Shown in pieces: positions 23,195 through 24,235 of a DNA stretch of 24,235 nucleotides. The DNA is from a virus (taxonomy: Duplodnaviria; Caudoviricetes). Made by a program: the position numbers and the translations under genes. Below the pieces are notes generated by a model, which searched no databases, was not told the origin of the DNA, and saw only the letters and a list, made by a program, of their open reading frames with translations. Positions within the stretch are counted from its first letter, which is position 1. Each line of letters begins with the position of its first letter. The stretch spans positions 1 through 24,235 of the IMG/VR virus record IMGVR_UViG_3300027808_000164; one strand, given 5' to 3'.

Positions 23195-23851
23195 CTATTG
23201 AGTTTTTTGCCTAAAAAGAAGTTGATCTTGCAAATACTGACTTACTGTTGATCTTGCTAGTGAATCACTGGGAACTGTGTGACCGGCATAGGCGTACTCA
23301 ACATCAAGGTCTAAAGTACAGGCGTAGGTTGCACCTGATACCGCCGTTCCAACCCAAAAGCACCAGTCATCAAAAGGGGCAATGCTTTGGTCAAACTGAT
23401 TATGTTCCCAAAGCCATCTGCGAACTGGTGAACCGCAAGTGATCATGTTGGCGTGCAGACCTAGAACCTGTTGATTAGTCACGTTTGCAGGTGTCCAGAT
23501 TTGCCCTGTGTCGTATTGGAAACCCAAAGCCAGTACATCAGCTGTGCAAGTATCTATCTTGTCTAATGCGTGTGGTCTGTATCTATCGTCAATGCCAACC
23601 CATGAAACCCAATCAGTCTGGCAATTCTCAAAGGCTAGGTTCATCATGTCGCTAAAGGCAAAGTCATCAAACCAGTGAATAACGGTAATGCCGTCTAAAT
23701 CTAAATTGGTTTTATCTATCTCATGGAACAAAACTAAAACTACTTTGTCTGGCTTACGGTTTAGCGATCTAACGGACTCAATGAAACCCGGTATGTCTTG
23801 TGGGTAACCATGACAGATACTAACTACGCCTACTGTTGTACTAGCCGCCAA
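23195..23851 (-). CDS. glycosyltransferase, GT-A fold (GT2-like)
   Basis: VGVVSI...FIESV..L..KPD.VVLV...MNLAF....TDWVSWVGIDD (DxD-like)...DDW.FW. Confidence 0.75.
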   Translation of the reverse strand: MAASTTVGVVSICHGYPQDIPGFIESVRSLNRKPDKVVLVLFHEIDKTNLDLDGITVIHWFDDFAFSDMMNLAFENCQTDWVSWVGIDDRYRPHALDKIDTCTADVLALGFQYDTGQIWTPANVTNQQVLGLHANMITCGSPVRRWLWEHNQFDQSIAPFDDWCFWVGTAVSGATYACTLDLDVEYAYAGHTVPSDSLARSTVSQYLQDQLLFRQKTQ

Positions 23852-24235
23852 AAGGTTTCACCAGCCTTATCAATCATGTGCCGTAAGTAATCAGCATCTT
23901 GCCAATCCTCAATGCTAGTAATTCCCACATTTTCGTTCGTATGAATCCTGCAACCTGAAAGAACGGCTTCCATAACTGCACGACATTCCGATTCAAACGC
24001 TAACGGTAAATGCACAAACCACTGCGACCTTGCCATTGCATCTAAGACTTGATCACGCGGTACGTTACTAAGTGCCTTGAACTCATAACCTGCTTGTGCT
24101 GCCCATAGTTCTGCGTTCAGTTTCCCTTTGAGTGGATGTTCACGCGCTGCCCATAATGCAAACGGTTGCTTGTCCATGTGGTCATAACAATTGTTGGTAT
24201 TGAAGTAGCTGAGAACCTGCGCCGTCTTGCGTGGC
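23830..24235 (-). CDS. glycosyltransferase, GT-B fold (GT4-like), C-terminal part
   Basis: Frame is open to the window edge; HPLKG, VPRDQVLDAMA....FVHLP..FESECRAVMEAVLSGC (EX7E motif). Confidence 0.8.
   Translation of the reverse strand, partial: PRKTAQVLSYFNTNNCYDHMDKQPFALWAAREHPLKGKLNAELWAAQAGYEFKALSNVPRDQVLDAMARSQWFVHLPLAFESECRAVMEAVLSGCRIHTNENVGITSIEDWQDADYLRHMIDKAGETFWRLVQQ

Noticed and set aside
551-23442. All plus-strand ORFs in the track
   Set aside because: Each lies antisense to a well-supported minus-strand gene and has no recognisable motifs.
1-24235. Stop-codon reassignment
   Set aside because: Genes tile densely under the standard code, and TAA, TAG and TGA all end genes at sensible junctions.

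Overview
This window is about 24 kb of a tailed (siphovirus-type) phage that most likely infects Actinobacteria. The evidence is two WhiB genes, an M23 lysin, and gene families typical of uncultured freshwater actinophages; GC looks low for an actinophage, judged by eye only. Every credible gene is on the minus strand. Read in transcription direction (24235 to 1), the order is: two glycosyltransferases; a self-contained promoter-to-terminator accessory island (LPD29-like gene); head-tail connector; tail terminator; major tail protein; tail chaperone with a -1 frameshift; HK97-gp10-like gene; tape measure; baseplate protein; two anchor plus polyglycine-adhesin fibre cassettes; a six-gene membrane/lysis cassette; a metallophosphoesterase plus MazG-like operon; and an early/replication region (RHH regulator, lambda-O-like initiator with iterons, helicase loader, WhiB x2, Rad52-like annealase, RusA, SSB, many zinc-finger microproteins). 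The most notable unannotated structure is regulatory. Four sigmaA-type promoters spread over 17 kb carry the same palindromic operator (T)TGT-N3-ACA(A) in the -35/-10 spacer, with two further operator copies nearby. They define a dispersed regulon with a candidate autoregulated RHH repressor. A second class of promoters lacking a -35 heads each late module. All family assignments are from motif recognition, with no database searches run.
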